Part shown: one piece after another, positions 24,991-33,198 of the stretch
Layout: the number at the start of each line of letters is the position of its first letter
How positions within the stretch are numbered: position 1 is the stretch's first letter
Source: Acidobacteriota bacterium
GTDB lineage: Bacteria > Acidobacteriota > UBA890 > WLXD01
Length of the DNA: 64,000 nucleotides
NCBI GenBank assembly: GCA_965248695.1
Contig: CBDFKD010000002.1
Coordinates: 2,208,001 to 2,272,000 of the forward strand
Direction of reading: 5' to 3'
Position numbers and translations under genes: made by a program
Notes under the pieces: model-generated
Database searches by the model: none
What the model was told of the DNA's origin: nothing
The model's input: the letters and a program-made list of their open reading frames with translations, nothing else

Positions 24991-25765
24991 TCCGTACCAC
25001 CTCGCGCATCAGTTTCAGGTAGGCCTGCGCCCCAGCAGAACGCAGATCGTACAGGATGATGGGTTTGCCGAAGCTCGGCGCCTCACCGAGACGCACGTTT
25101 CGTGGTACCTCGGCGGCAAACACGTCGTCGGGGAAATGGCGACGCACGTCAGTGATCACCTGCCGGGTGAGGTTCATTCGGGGGTCGACCATCGTCAACA
25201 GGATACCCTCGAGCCGGAGCTCGGGGTTCAGTCCGCGGCGCACTCTGTCGACGGTCTCCAGCATGCGGCTGAGACCCTCCAGCGCCAGATACTCGCACTG
25301 GATGGGGACGATCACGCTATCGGCCGCAACTAGGGCGTTGAGCGAGAGCAATCCGAGTGCGGGCGGACAATCGATAACGATGAACCTATAATCGGGCCGT
25401 ATCGGGACAAGCGCCTTTCGCAAGCGCGTGGCACGGTCGGTGGCGTCAACGAGCTCGAGCTCGGCGCCCACTAGAGCTGGCGCCGCAGGCGAAACCACCA
25501 GGCGATCGAGAGCGGCGGGTAGCACCGTCTCGGCCAGGGTCGCGGAGCCGCTCAGAACGGAGTAGGTGGTCGGGTGGCCGTCTGGCACGGCAACGCCAAG
25601 GCCGCTGGTGGCGTTAGCTTGTGGATCGATGTCGACCAGCAACGTCGGCAGGTCGGCCGCCGCCAGGCAGGCGGCCAGGTTGATCGAAGTGGTGGTCTTG
25701 CCGACTCCGCCCTTCTGGTTGGTGACGGCAATCACTCGTGTTATGCCGTTTCCCGTGCCCACCAC
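24959..25765 (-). CDS. parA: Chromosome partitioning ATPase ParA/Soj
   Basis: NQKGGVGKTTT, DPQANATSG, IDCPP, PRNVRLGEAPSFG; GTG start about 25765 after GGAGG. Confidence 0.96.
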   Translation of the reverse strand: MVGTGNGITRVIAVTNQKGGVGKTTTSINLAACLAAADLPTLLVDIDPQANATSGLGVAVPDGHPTTYSVLSGSATLAETVLPAALDRLVVSPAAPALVGAELELVDATDRATRLRKALVPIRPDYRFIVIDCPPALGLLSLNALVAADSVIVPIQCEYLALEGLSRMLETVDRVRRGLNPELRLEGILLTMVDPRMNLTRQVITDVRRHFPDDVFAAEVPRNVRLGEAPSFGKPIILYDLRSAGAQAYLKLMREVVRNGTEGTRARP

Positions 25766-25870
25766 GGCGGCACTAACCTCCCTCGACCCTTCGTTGTGAT
25801 TGACGCAGTAACGCTGCTCGCCATCGCGAGCACCGGAGCCTACCACAGCGACACTGGCCATCCGCTTACT

Positions 25871-25886
25871 CGTTCCACGTGGAACA
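25871..25886. promoter_or_regulatory. parS: parS site 1
   Basis: cGTTCCACGTGGAACa matches the parS consensus palindrome, just upstream of parA. Confidence 0.9.
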
Positions 25887-25896
25887 CGGGTGCGCT

Positions 25897-25912
25897 TGTT
25901 CCACGTGGAACC
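25897..25912. promoter_or_regulatory. parS: parS site 2
   Basis: tGTTCCACGTGGAACc, 10 bp from site 1. Confidence 0.9.
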
Positions 25913-25945
25913 CACCCGCGACCCCGCAGGTTTCCTGCTAGTCGG

Positions 25946-26650
25946 CTAGGTGTGGAGCTCGAGCGACACCAGGTAGCCGCGGTCGAGGTGGGGCAATGGG
26001 GCTGCTTTCTTTATCGCCCAGCCGGCCCGGGCAGCTCGACGCCAGCTCCGGTCGCTCGCCTTGCCCATCGACCCACCGGCCGACAGGTTGCGGCGCAGCG
26101 CCCGCAAGGTCTCCTCGCCAACGAACAACAGGCCCCGGCCACCGGGCGCCATGACCGGGGCGACCCGCCCCAGCATCGTGCCCCATTCGGTCCAGGCGCG
26201 CGCCGTAACCACATGCACTGGCGTCCCGACGGTGCCCGCGTCGATCGCGTCCCCGAGTCGCTCGTTGACGATCGAGACACCTTCCAGACCGAGGGCGTCG
26301 ACGACCTCCATAAGGAACGTCGCCTTCTTGGCGTTGGCTTCCACCAACACGCTATCGCGGTCCGGGTCCAGGAGCTTCAAGGGCAGTCCCGGAATCCCGG
26401 CACCGGAGCCGACATCCAACACCACCGGTCCGGCGCCCGCCAGATACCGGAGTGCCATCGCCGGCTCAACGAAGTGTCGCAAGACGGCTGTGTCTCGATC
26501 GCGGATGGCCGTCAGGTTAATGCGCTTGTTCCAGCGCTCGAGCAGCTGTAGGTAGAGGGCGAATTGCTCGACTTGCTCGGTACCGATGTGGAAGCGGAAG
26601 CGCTCGAATCCATCCCGAATCGCCTGTGCGGTACCGTCGGCGTCCGGCAC
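25946..26650 (-). CDS. rsmG: 16S rRNA m7G527 methyltransferase
   Basis: WNKRINLTAI, LDVGSGAGIPG, VTARA. Confidence 0.94.
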   Translation of the reverse strand: MPDADGTAQAIRDGFERFRFHIGTEQVEQFALYLQLLERWNKRINLTAIRDRDTAVLRHFVEPAMALRYLAGAGPVVLDVGSGAGIPGLPLKLLDPDRDSVLVEANAKKATFLMEVVDALGLEGVSIVNERLGDAIDAGTVGTPVHVVTARAWTEWGTMLGRVAPVMAPGGRGLLFVGEETLRALRRNLSAGGSMGKASDRSWRRAARAGWAIKKAAPLPHLDRGYLVSLELHT

Positions 26651-26651
26651 G

Positions 26652-27701
26652 TCAGCGCCGGTGGCCTCCGTCGGTAGGAATCACGTTGACCGCTTTCTGG
26701 AATCCATTGCCAATACTACGCGTCTTGACCTTGGGGTCTTCTGCCAAGGTGAGATGCACGATGCGGCGCTCGTACGGATTCAACGGCCCCGTCTGTTGCG
26801 GCGAGCTCGTCTCTTTCGCCTGATGTGCCACCTGGTACGCCATATCGCGGATCTCGTCGTCGAGCTGAGACCTGAAGTCGCCGGCGTCGACACGCACCCG
26901 CCGGTGGGCGCGGTCGGGGCGGTGCCGGAACGCGTGATTCAAGATGAGCTCCAGCGCTGACAGGCCACGTCCGCGGCCATCCAGCAAGTACTGGTTATCG
27001 TCGCCAGTGATCGCGATCTGCAGTGTCTCCCCGTCGAGCCTCGCTTCGGCCTCGCAATCGAAATCGATGGTCTCGAAGATCGTGTCGAGGAGTGCGATGG
27101 CCTCGCCGGAAACGTCGGTGCCGCCCTCGCCGTCCGCGCCCGGGCTGCGAGATTGGTCGCCTTCGGGGGGTGGCGCTTCGGCCGTGGTACCGGTGGATGA
27201 GACGTCCTCCGATGCCGCTAGGTCGTCGCTGACAGCCTCGTCGGCCGGCACCGCGGGGGCGGCTTGCTCCGAGGCGACACTGGACGCCTGAAAGAAATCC
27301 GGCACTCCGTCGGCATCTTCCGCGGCAGGCTGGGCCGACTCCGGAACATCAGGGTCCGGCTGCTGATCGTCCACCTCGGGCGGCTCAGCGTCGCTTGCGT
27401 CGGAAGACTTGGCGTCGGGCGTGTCGGAAGAATCGGCATCGGCCGCGTCAGAAGGCTCGGCATCGGCTTCTTGGACGGGCGTCTCTGCCACCGCGGCCTC
27501 TTCCTCGGGTTGCTCCGGGTCGGGCGCTTCACCGCGCCGCCAAGCGCGCACCGAGTAGACCGTATCGCCCAGGCCCCAGAAGTCGCCGGCCTTCTCATCC
27601 ACCAGCTCGTGCTCGAGTTCGTCGACCGCAACCCCCAACGCGGCCGCCGCCTGTTCGAGGGCAGCCTCCAACGACTTGGCTTCGAATACCTGTGCGCTCA
27701 T
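26652..27701 (-). CDS. jag: Jag/KhpB RNA-binding protein (Jag_N, long acidic linker, KH, R3H)
   Basis: FEAKSLEAAL N-terminus; PLNPYERRIVH R3H motif; position after yidC. Confidence 0.9.
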   Translation of the reverse strand: MSAQVFEAKSLEAALEQAAAALGVAVDELEHELVDEKAGDFWGLGDTVYSVRAWRRGEAPDPEQPEEEAAVAETPVQEADAEPSDAADADSSDTPDAKSSDASDAEPPEVDDQQPDPDVPESAQPAAEDADGVPDFFQASSVASEQAAPAVPADEAVSDDLAASEDVSSTGTTAEAPPPEGDQSRSPGADGEGGTDVSGEAIALLDTIFETIDFDCEAEARLDGETLQIAITGDDNQYLLDGRGRGLSALELILNHAFRHRPDRAHRRVRVDAGDFRSQLDDEIRDMAYQVAHQAKETSSPQQTGPLNPYERRIVHLTLAEDPKVKTRSIGNGFQKAVNVIPTDGGHRR

Positions 27702-29452
27702 CGCTTGCCTCTCCGGCGTTTCTTGGCTTTGGGAAGAGCCTTCTCCGCCGCAAGCTCCGCGTCCATCTTGTTGTTGACGTAGAGCTGTTGCGCGATTCCG
27801 AGAAGGTTGTTCACCAACCAGTACAGAACTAGTCCGCTAGGTACGTATAGGAAAAGTACGGTGAAGATCACCGGCATGAACTTGAACATTCGCGCCTGCA
27901 TCGGGTCTGCGCCCGGCGATGGCGTCATTCGTTGCTGCGCCAGCATGCTGCCGCCCATCAACAAAGGCAGCACGAGGTACGGGTCATAGTCCGACAAGTC
28001 CTGCACCCATAGGGCGAACGGCGCCTGCCGGAGCTCTACCGCGACCGACAGCAGCCGATAAAACGCGAACAGGATCGGAAGCTGCGCCAGCATCGGCAGG
28101 CAGCCACCGAATGGTGACACCCCCTCGCGCCGATACAGCTCCATTACCTCCTCGTTCATCTTCTGGCGCTGTTCGAGCTCCTTGGACCCCTTGTACTTGC
28201 CACGAATCGCTGCCATCTGCGGCTGTAGGCGCTGCATGCGCCGCATGGAGACCATGGATTTGTGGTTCAGCGGCAAGAAAACGAGCCGCAGCAGCACCGT
28301 CAGCAGGATGATGGCGACGCCGTAGTTGCCGACAAACGAGTGGATCCAAACAAGCAGAGCCAAGAGGGGGCGAGCGAGGATTCCCATCCAACCGAAGTCC
28401 ACCGCCAGACCAATCTCGTACCCCTGCTGAAGCAGGTAGTCGTATTTCTTCGGACCGAGATAAATGCCCGCGGTCAGCCCTTCGTCCGGCACCGCCGTTG
28501 CAACGCTTGCCAGCGCCACCAGGGGCTCGGCGGCGGCGGCGATACTCGACACCTCCCGGCTCGAGATTCGAACTTCCCTCGGCTCATCGAACAGGAAGGC
28601 TCCCAGAAAATAGTGGCTCTCCGTGCCCACCCAACGGACCGGACCGGAGGCGCTGACCGCCGGATCGGGCTCGGGCGGTACCCAGCGCTCCACGTCCTCG
28701 GCCACGAGCGCCAAGGCGCCGGCACCGAGGAAAACGTTGCGCGACCCGGCTGCAACCTCGTCCAGCCCGGCACCCAAGGAAAGGAACGGGTCGGACGCAC
28801 CGGTGGTGGCCTCCACCCGAACACGCAGCTGGTTGCCGGCAGCCGGAAACTCGATTCGCTTGGACACCGATGCACCGCCACCGTCCGCCCAGCGAAGTGT
28901 GACGATCACCGGGTCACCCGGTCGCGGCGTGCGCTCGCCGCCCCGCTCGACCCCACCGCTGGTCTCCATTACGAAGAGCGCTGCATTCACCGCCTCGCCG
29001 ATGGCGGGGTTGCTCGGGGTCGAGAGGCCGAGCGGCAGCACGTCCGCCGCGGCGGCGGCGGGATGGACGAGATCCAGAGGCGAGCGCTCGGCAGATTCGT
29101 ATTGGTTCAGCACGAAAGCCTGCAACCGCCCGCCGCGATTGGTAACCGTCGCGGTGTAGTTGTCGGCCCGTATCCGCAGGGTTGTTTCCTGTTGCGCCAC
29201 TATCGCGGCCGCCGCCTCATCCGCACCGAAAGCCGCTGCCGCCGGTCCGGTCTCGAGCGGAGCCGGCGGTGCGGGCTCGCCGTCTGCTGCGGGCGTCGCC
29301 TCTCCGCCAGCGTCTGTCGGTCCGGGTGGTGGCAGCAGCGGTGCGTCGACCGCGGGAACGAAGTAGTGCTGGTACAGCGCCAGCACCGCCATCGACAGCA
29401 CGATCGCGAGCAGCGCCCGCGATTCCATTCTCGGTTCCTGGTCGTTATTCAT
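27698..29452 (-). CDS. yidC: Membrane protein insertase YidC
   Basis: [32 protein letters not shown]. Confidence 0.97.
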   Translation of the reverse strand: MNNDQEPRMESRALLAIVLSMAVLALYQHYFVPAVDAPLLPPPGPTDAGGEATPAADGEPAPPAPLETGPAAAAFGADEAAAAIVAQQETTLRIRADNYTATVTNRGGRLQAFVLNQYESAERSPLDLVHPAAAAADVLPLGLSTPSNPAIGEAVNAALFVMETSGGVERGGERTPRPGDPVIVTLRWADGGGASVSKRIEFPAAGNQLRVRVEATTGASDPFLSLGAGLDEVAAGSRNVFLGAGALALVAEDVERWVPPEPDPAVSASGPVRWVGTESHYFLGAFLFDEPREVRISSREVSSIAAAAEPLVALASVATAVPDEGLTAGIYLGPKKYDYLLQQGYEIGLAVDFGWMGILARPLLALLVWIHSFVGNYGVAIILLTVLLRLVFLPLNHKSMVSMRRMQRLQPQMAAIRGKYKGSKELEQRQKMNEEVMELYRREGVSPFGGCLPMLAQLPILFAFYRLLSVAVELRQAPFALWVQDLSDYDPYLVLPLLMGGSMLAQQRMTPSPGADPMQARMFKFMPVIFTVLFLYVPSGLVLYWLVNNLLGIAQQLYVNNKMDAELAAEKALPKAKKRRRGKR

Positions 29453-29669
29453 GCACCGTCGGGACCGGGTCGTGGCCCCCCTGACTAAACGGATGGCACC
29501 TGAGGATCCGGCGCGCCGACAGCCACACCCCTCTGAGAGCACCGTGCTGCGCGACGCTCTGATGCGCGTACTCGGAGCAAGTCGGGTGGAACCGACAGTG
29601 CCCCCCGAGTGCCGACGACAGCGTCAGCTGGTAAAGCCGGATCAAACCGAGCAGGCTGCGCGTGATCAT
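29445..29669 (-). CDS. yidD: Membrane protein insertion efficiency factor
   Basis: [26 protein letters not shown]. Confidence 0.96.
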   Translation of the reverse strand: MITRSLLGLIRLYQLTLSSALGGHCRFHPTCSEYAHQSVAQHGALRGVWLSARRILRCHPFSQGGHDPVPTVHE

Positions 29670-30019
29670 GTCGGCGACTCGGTTGCGCGGGCGGCGACCG
29701 CAATCAGCTCCGGGAGTAGATCGTCGGGGCTGCTGTGGGGCGCATCTTTCCGCGCCACGACGACATAGTCGTAGCCGGCGCGAAAACCGTCTCGGCGCCG
29801 GCGATACGCCTCCCGGAACACGCGCCTCGCACGGTTCCGCACCACGGCGTTGCCAATTCGGCGGGTGGCGGTGAAGCCGATACGTGGGTGCTCCAGACCG
29901 TTGGGGCGAGCGAACAAGACAAACCTCGGCGCTACGTGCTTCGTGCCCTCTGCGTACACCCGCTCGAACTCCGAGCGTTTGCGCAGGCGGTGGGCTCGCG
30001 GGAACCCTTCCGGTCGCAC
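29666..30019 (-). CDS. rnpA: Ribonuclease P protein component
   Basis: [24 protein letters not shown]. Confidence 0.95.
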   Translation of the reverse strand: MRPEGFPRAHRLRKRSEFERVYAEGTKHVAPRFVLFARPNGLEHPRIGFTATRRIGNAVVRNRARRVFREAYRRRRDGFRAGYDYVVVARKDAPHSSPDDLLPELIAVAARATESPT

Positions 30020-30049
30020 AGCAGGGTATCGGCAGCGGCGGGGGTCAGA

Positions 30050-30187
30050 TCAGGACGGGGCCAACCGCTTGCGACCCTTGCGGCGGCGACGACGAATTAC
30101 GGCGCGCCCGGAACGCGTCCGCATCCGGAGCCTGAAACCATGTACTTTACGCCGGCGGCGGCGGTTGGGCTGAAAGGTGCGCTTCAT
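30050..30187 (-). CDS. rpmH: 50S ribosomal protein L34
   Basis: Manually translated (below the ORF cutoff): [45 protein letters not shown]. Confidence 0.97.
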   Translation of the reverse strand: MKRTFQPNRRRRRKVHGFRLRMRTRSGRAVIRRRRRKGRKRLAPS

Positions 30188-30303
30188 GGTTTTCGGGGTT
30201 GCTCGCCGTGCACGACCCGCGAGAGAGCGGAAACCGTCCGTGCCGCGAAGGCGCCTGAGGGGGCAATCGACAGGTGGCCCCCTGTTTCGTACAGAACCAA
30301 ACG

Positions 30304-30332
30304 AGATTATCCGCTGGATACGAGACCGTCAA
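30304..30332 (-). promoter_or_regulatory. Putative sigma70 promoter of the rpmH operon
   Basis: Minus strand TTGACG-N17-TAATCT. Confidence 0.55.
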
Positions 30333-30449
30333 CTCCGCGTCGACTGCGGGTAGTGGGTCAGTTTCAAGTAATTGGAGCGGACGACGGAAAATACCGGTCA
30401 ATCAGTCGGTGAAAACAACGGACAACCGTGGCCACGGCTACTTTGCTTG

Positions 30450-30455
30450 TATAAT
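30450..30455 (+). promoter_or_regulatory. -10 box TATAAT preceding the structured non-coding region
   Basis: Perfect TATAAT ends 5 nt before the first hairpin (30461); no clear -35. Confidence 0.55.
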
Positions 30456-30460
30456 GCAAC

Positions 30461-30924
30461 GAGCCCGATCAGCTCGTAACTGATCAGGCTCGGGCGAAAG
30501 CATATGTGGGATTTTTTAGCCGGACTGGTGGGACCGGCGGGGGAGGCGTTTTGCGCCTCAGCTGTGGGAGAAGTGTATTCCCGACCGCACCGCGCCGTCA
30601 ACCGCACCGGCTTCGTCTATCTGAGAGGAGAAGTTTGGGGCGGGAACAGCTAGGCGACGTAGTGTAGCCAGGTAAGCACACTCCCCTGGAAAGGGGGTAT
30701 CGCGGGTTCAACTCCCGGCGTCGCCTCTCTTTATTTCCCGCCCCAATTCTCCGTCTCGGGTAAGCGCACTTCACCACTACTCTCAGAGTGTGGGGAATTC
30801 ACTAGCGCGACATCAACCGGATAATCATCCGGGCGTTGCGACGAGTAAATCCAATGCGCTCCAATGGTCTCGGTCCCCTACGTCGTCCGTGTGGGCGGCA
30901 CGACCCGTGCCATTGCGACACTCT
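30461..30924 (+). ncRNA. Candidate large structured ncRNA with embedded tRNA-like domain
   Basis: Hairpins 30461-30491, 30519-30538, 30543-30559; nested stems 30564-30584/30756-30777, 30627-30632/30747-30752, 30635-30646/30735-30746 (12 bp perfect); 3' domain 30785-30791/30918-30924, 30817-30832, 30862-30867/30910-30915; no credible ORF. Confidence 0.6.
30653..30726 (+). tRNA. Non-canonical tRNA-like element, anticodon GGA (nominal Ser), short variable arm, no encoded CCA
   Basis: Acceptor GGCGACG/CGTCGCC + T73; D-stem GTGT/GCAC with GG loop; anticodon stem CTCCC/GGGGG, loop CT-GGA-AA; V-loop TATC; T-arm GCGGG-TTCAACT-CCCGG (one G-G mismatch). Confidence 0.75.
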
Positions 30925-30968
30925 AATCCTACTATAAGACATGTGCCATGTGGCATGTAGGCGTTGTG

Positions 30969-31811
30969 CTACGCCGCTGCTTCGTGCCTCTCTAGCAACC
31001 GCACGATGTCTTCGATCTCGTAGATACGGTTCGCAACGCCGGCTTCCATCGCAGGCGTGACGCGCAGCGTCCGGTGAACGCGACAGAAGTTGTAGTACAT
31101 GAAGTGCAGCGCGACGGCGTGAGTCAAGTTCTCCACCTTCTTGCTGAATCCGTTGGTGAGTCGCGTGAAGCGGCGCATGCTCATTCGCATGGTTAGGTTC
31201 TGTCGCTCCACGTAACTTGTGCTCACCAACGCCCGGTCGGGGTGGCCGGTCACGAATCGTTTTCGAACCCCGAGGCACCTAGCGGGCGAATACCGCTTCT
31301 CGGCCTCGGGGTCAGATCCATACACCTTGTGCAGCATGGCGAAGTCAACGTCCGCCATGAAAGCGGCGGGCACCGCGTCGAGATACATCGTGTGCCCGTC
31401 CGTAGTGATCTGTGCGCGGTGGGCAAGTCGTGACGCTAAGTCGCTCATGAAGGCAAACGCGGTGTCTGCGTTGCGGTAGCCGAACCACCACGCCGGCACG
31501 ATCTTGGTGTCAGCACAGATGGATGTGAACGTCCAGACATCGCCGTATCCGAACTGGCCGCGCTTCTCCGGCGGAACGTTCTTTTCCTTCGCGTAGCAGA
31601 ACGCCCAAATCTCGTCGGCTTCCAAGCGGCGGCACGGAAGATCGCGCAGCACGCGGTCTTGGAAGTCGGAACACACCTGGCCGATCTCGGCCAGGAGCTT
31701 GGTGACCGTGTTCTTCGCCGCGCCGGTCATACGGCAAGTCGCACGCATGGAGTTGCCCTCGACCAAGGCCGCAACGATCTCTGTTCGCTTCTCTGTGCTC
31801 AACTGGTTCAT
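30969..31811 (-). CDS. IS1-family-like DDE transposase with N-terminal HTH
   Basis: MNQLSTEKR..LVEGNSMRATCRMTG (HTH); EADEIWAF, QITTDG, STSYVERQN (D,D,E); RRFTRLTNGFSKK. Confidence 0.92.
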   Translation of the reverse strand: MNQLSTEKRTEIVAALVEGNSMRATCRMTGAAKNTVTKLLAEIGQVCSDFQDRVLRDLPCRRLEADEIWAFCYAKEKNVPPEKRGQFGYGDVWTFTSICADTKIVPAWWFGYRNADTAFAFMSDLASRLAHRAQITTDGHTMYLDAVPAAFMADVDFAMLHKVYGSDPEAEKRYSPARCLGVRKRFVTGHPDRALVSTSYVERQNLTMRMSMRRFTRLTNGFSKKVENLTHAVALHFMYYNFCRVHRTLRVTPAMEAGVANRIYEIEDIVRLLERHEAAA

Positions 31812-31818
31812 AGGAGTA

Positions 31819-31847
31819 ATTGTACATGACCGGTCAAGCATAGACAA
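31819..31847 (-). promoter_or_regulatory. Transposase promoter with palindromic operator in the spacer (likely leaderless mRNA)
   Basis: Minus strand TTGTCT-N17-TACAAT-N7-ATG; spacer contains TGACCGGTCA palindrome. Confidence 0.65.
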
Positions 31848-31884
31848 GGTGAAACAGCGCCCCCTTCACGACGGCTTGGTCTAG

Positions 31885-32088
31885 CTAGGGCTTGATCACG
31901 CCTTGGTCGATTGCCCGTCTCACGCCTTCGCGTACAAGCGCGAGAGCAACCCCTGTGGGGGTCTTCTCGTACAGGTCCGTTTCCGCTAAACGCACGAGGT
32001 ATTGGTGCAGGCGCGGTGACGGAGAGAGGTTGATTTTCTGGGTTTGGACGGGAGTCCGACCGGGCTTTGAGGCTTTCTTCTTGGTCAT
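31885..32088 (-). CDS. Small ribbon-helix-helix-like DNA-binding protein (67 aa)
   Basis: Basic N-tail, alternating strand TQKINLSP, two amphipathic helices; long palindrome 12 bp upstream of the start; fold is inferred. Confidence 0.6.
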   Translation of the reverse strand: MTKKKASKPGRTPVQTQKINLSPSPRLHQYLVRLAETDLYEKTPTGVALALVREGVRRAIDQGVIKP

Positions 32089-32100
32089 GGGTACGCGGCG

Positions 32101-32133
32101 TCAATTACTAATTAGTAACTAATTAGTAATTGA
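32101..32133. promoter_or_regulatory. 33-bp palindrome (candidate operator)
   Basis: TCAATTACTAATTAGT-A-ACTAATTAGTAATTGA, perfect 16-bp arms containing two tandem ACTAATTAGT palindromes. Confidence 0.7.
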
Positions 32134-32167
32134 AGAAAGTCGAAAACCCATGTAAAGTCAACCGTTG

Positions 32168-32248
32168 AGAGCTACGTACAAGAGCGGTCGTCAGACCCCG
32201 GCCCAAGGACCGCCAGCGAGGTACACGCTGGTCTTAAGGCGTGGCTCT
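32168..32248 (-). ncRNA. Candidate DUF3800-associated structured RNA
   Basis: Starts 12 nt after the DUF3800-like stop, following an A-rich linker: closing stem AGAGCCACG/CGTAGCTCT, AAGA/TCTT, hairpins CCAGCG/CGCTGG and CGGTC/GACCG. Confidence 0.55.
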
Positions 32249-32260
32249 TATTTTGTTGTC

Positions 32261-33119
32261 TTACCCTTCGGGCGCTTGCCACATCACTCGATGTCGCAGC
32301 GGAATCTTGACGATTCCGAAGCCCTGAATCCGGCGGTCGTGTCCCTGCCGGAATTTGGGCAACAGACGATGAAGCCACGGGTACACCGTGAGTTCTCCGC
32401 TTGGGTCCTCCCAGGCGGCACCGTGGTCGCGGAACTGGCGGAGCACGTTGTAGGCAACTACGTCTGCGGCTTGAACCATGTGGCTGTGCGCGGAGTTAAC
32501 AAATCGCAGGCGTCCCGCCAAACACGAGAAGTCGAATCGCCTGTCGGGGCGAAGAAGGGTCGAACCGGTGCTCTTGAGCTGTTCGTGGTGTCGACTAAGG
32601 TTGTCTCGGTATGGGGTGCCCTTGGGAGTCTTCCCGCTCGTGTCGTCCATCGTGACGGAGAAACGTACCCCCGCGTATCCGCATTTCTAGCTCTGCCCGT
32701 TGCGCCAACGATTCATAAGCAACGGCATACGGGTACCATGTGTTATCCGGGTAGTCTTCCTGCATGTGGAGCTTGTCGACCACCGTGGCGATGAACTGCA
32801 CCCCCTCGAATGACTCAAGCTCGCGGTAGTAGTTCTCGACGAACTCGTCTAGCAACTCATCGTTGATCCCATAGGCGTCGAGGTACATCGCTTGTCGGGC
32901 ATTAGGAATCCGCAGCCAGTTCGACTTGATCTCAACGGCTTCATCGCCGAAGGTCGCTAGTTTCCGTGCACAGAGGCGATTGATTAGGCTGCTTGCGCGG
33001 CCTGTTTCGATGAGAATTGCTCCATAGACGAAGTGGCGGGAATTGTGGGCACCGTAACCCCCGTTCGGGGCGTACTCCTTCATCCCCGAGTCGTCTACAA
33101 AGAGAATATGGTCCGCCAT
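32261..33119 (-). pseudogene. DUF3800-like (RNase H-fold) protein, split by a +1 frameshift at about 32661-32663
   Basis: N-part MADHILFVDDSG...HFVYGAILI...EIKSNWLR; C-part MDD...SAHSHMVQAADVVAYNV (QxAD); removing one T from ACGTTTCTCC fuses the frames (..GGTFSVTMDD..). Confidence 0.8.
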
Positions 33120-33198
33120 TCCGCGCCACCCCTCGTGGGCGTACTCATCCGATCGAACGCCCTTGCCATCGCCCACCCCTTGATGGCAACCTAGCAAT

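Noticed and set aside
25766-25915. ParA N-terminal extension (MGSTWNKRTRVPRGT)
   Set aside because: It is simply the translation of the parS palindromes; a better RBS and GTG start lie near 25765.
30653-30726. tRNA as an integration site (attB) of a prophage or island
   Set aside because: It lies inside the TIR-bounded element; no integrase and no duplicated tRNA 3' end were seen in the window.
30802-31278. 158-aa ORF overlapping the transposase 3' end
   Set aside because: Out-of-frame overlap with low-complexity Arg/His composition; not credible.
32165-32794. 209-aa plus-strand ORF in the transposon
   Set aside because: Antisense to the DUF3800-like gene; no recognisable motifs.
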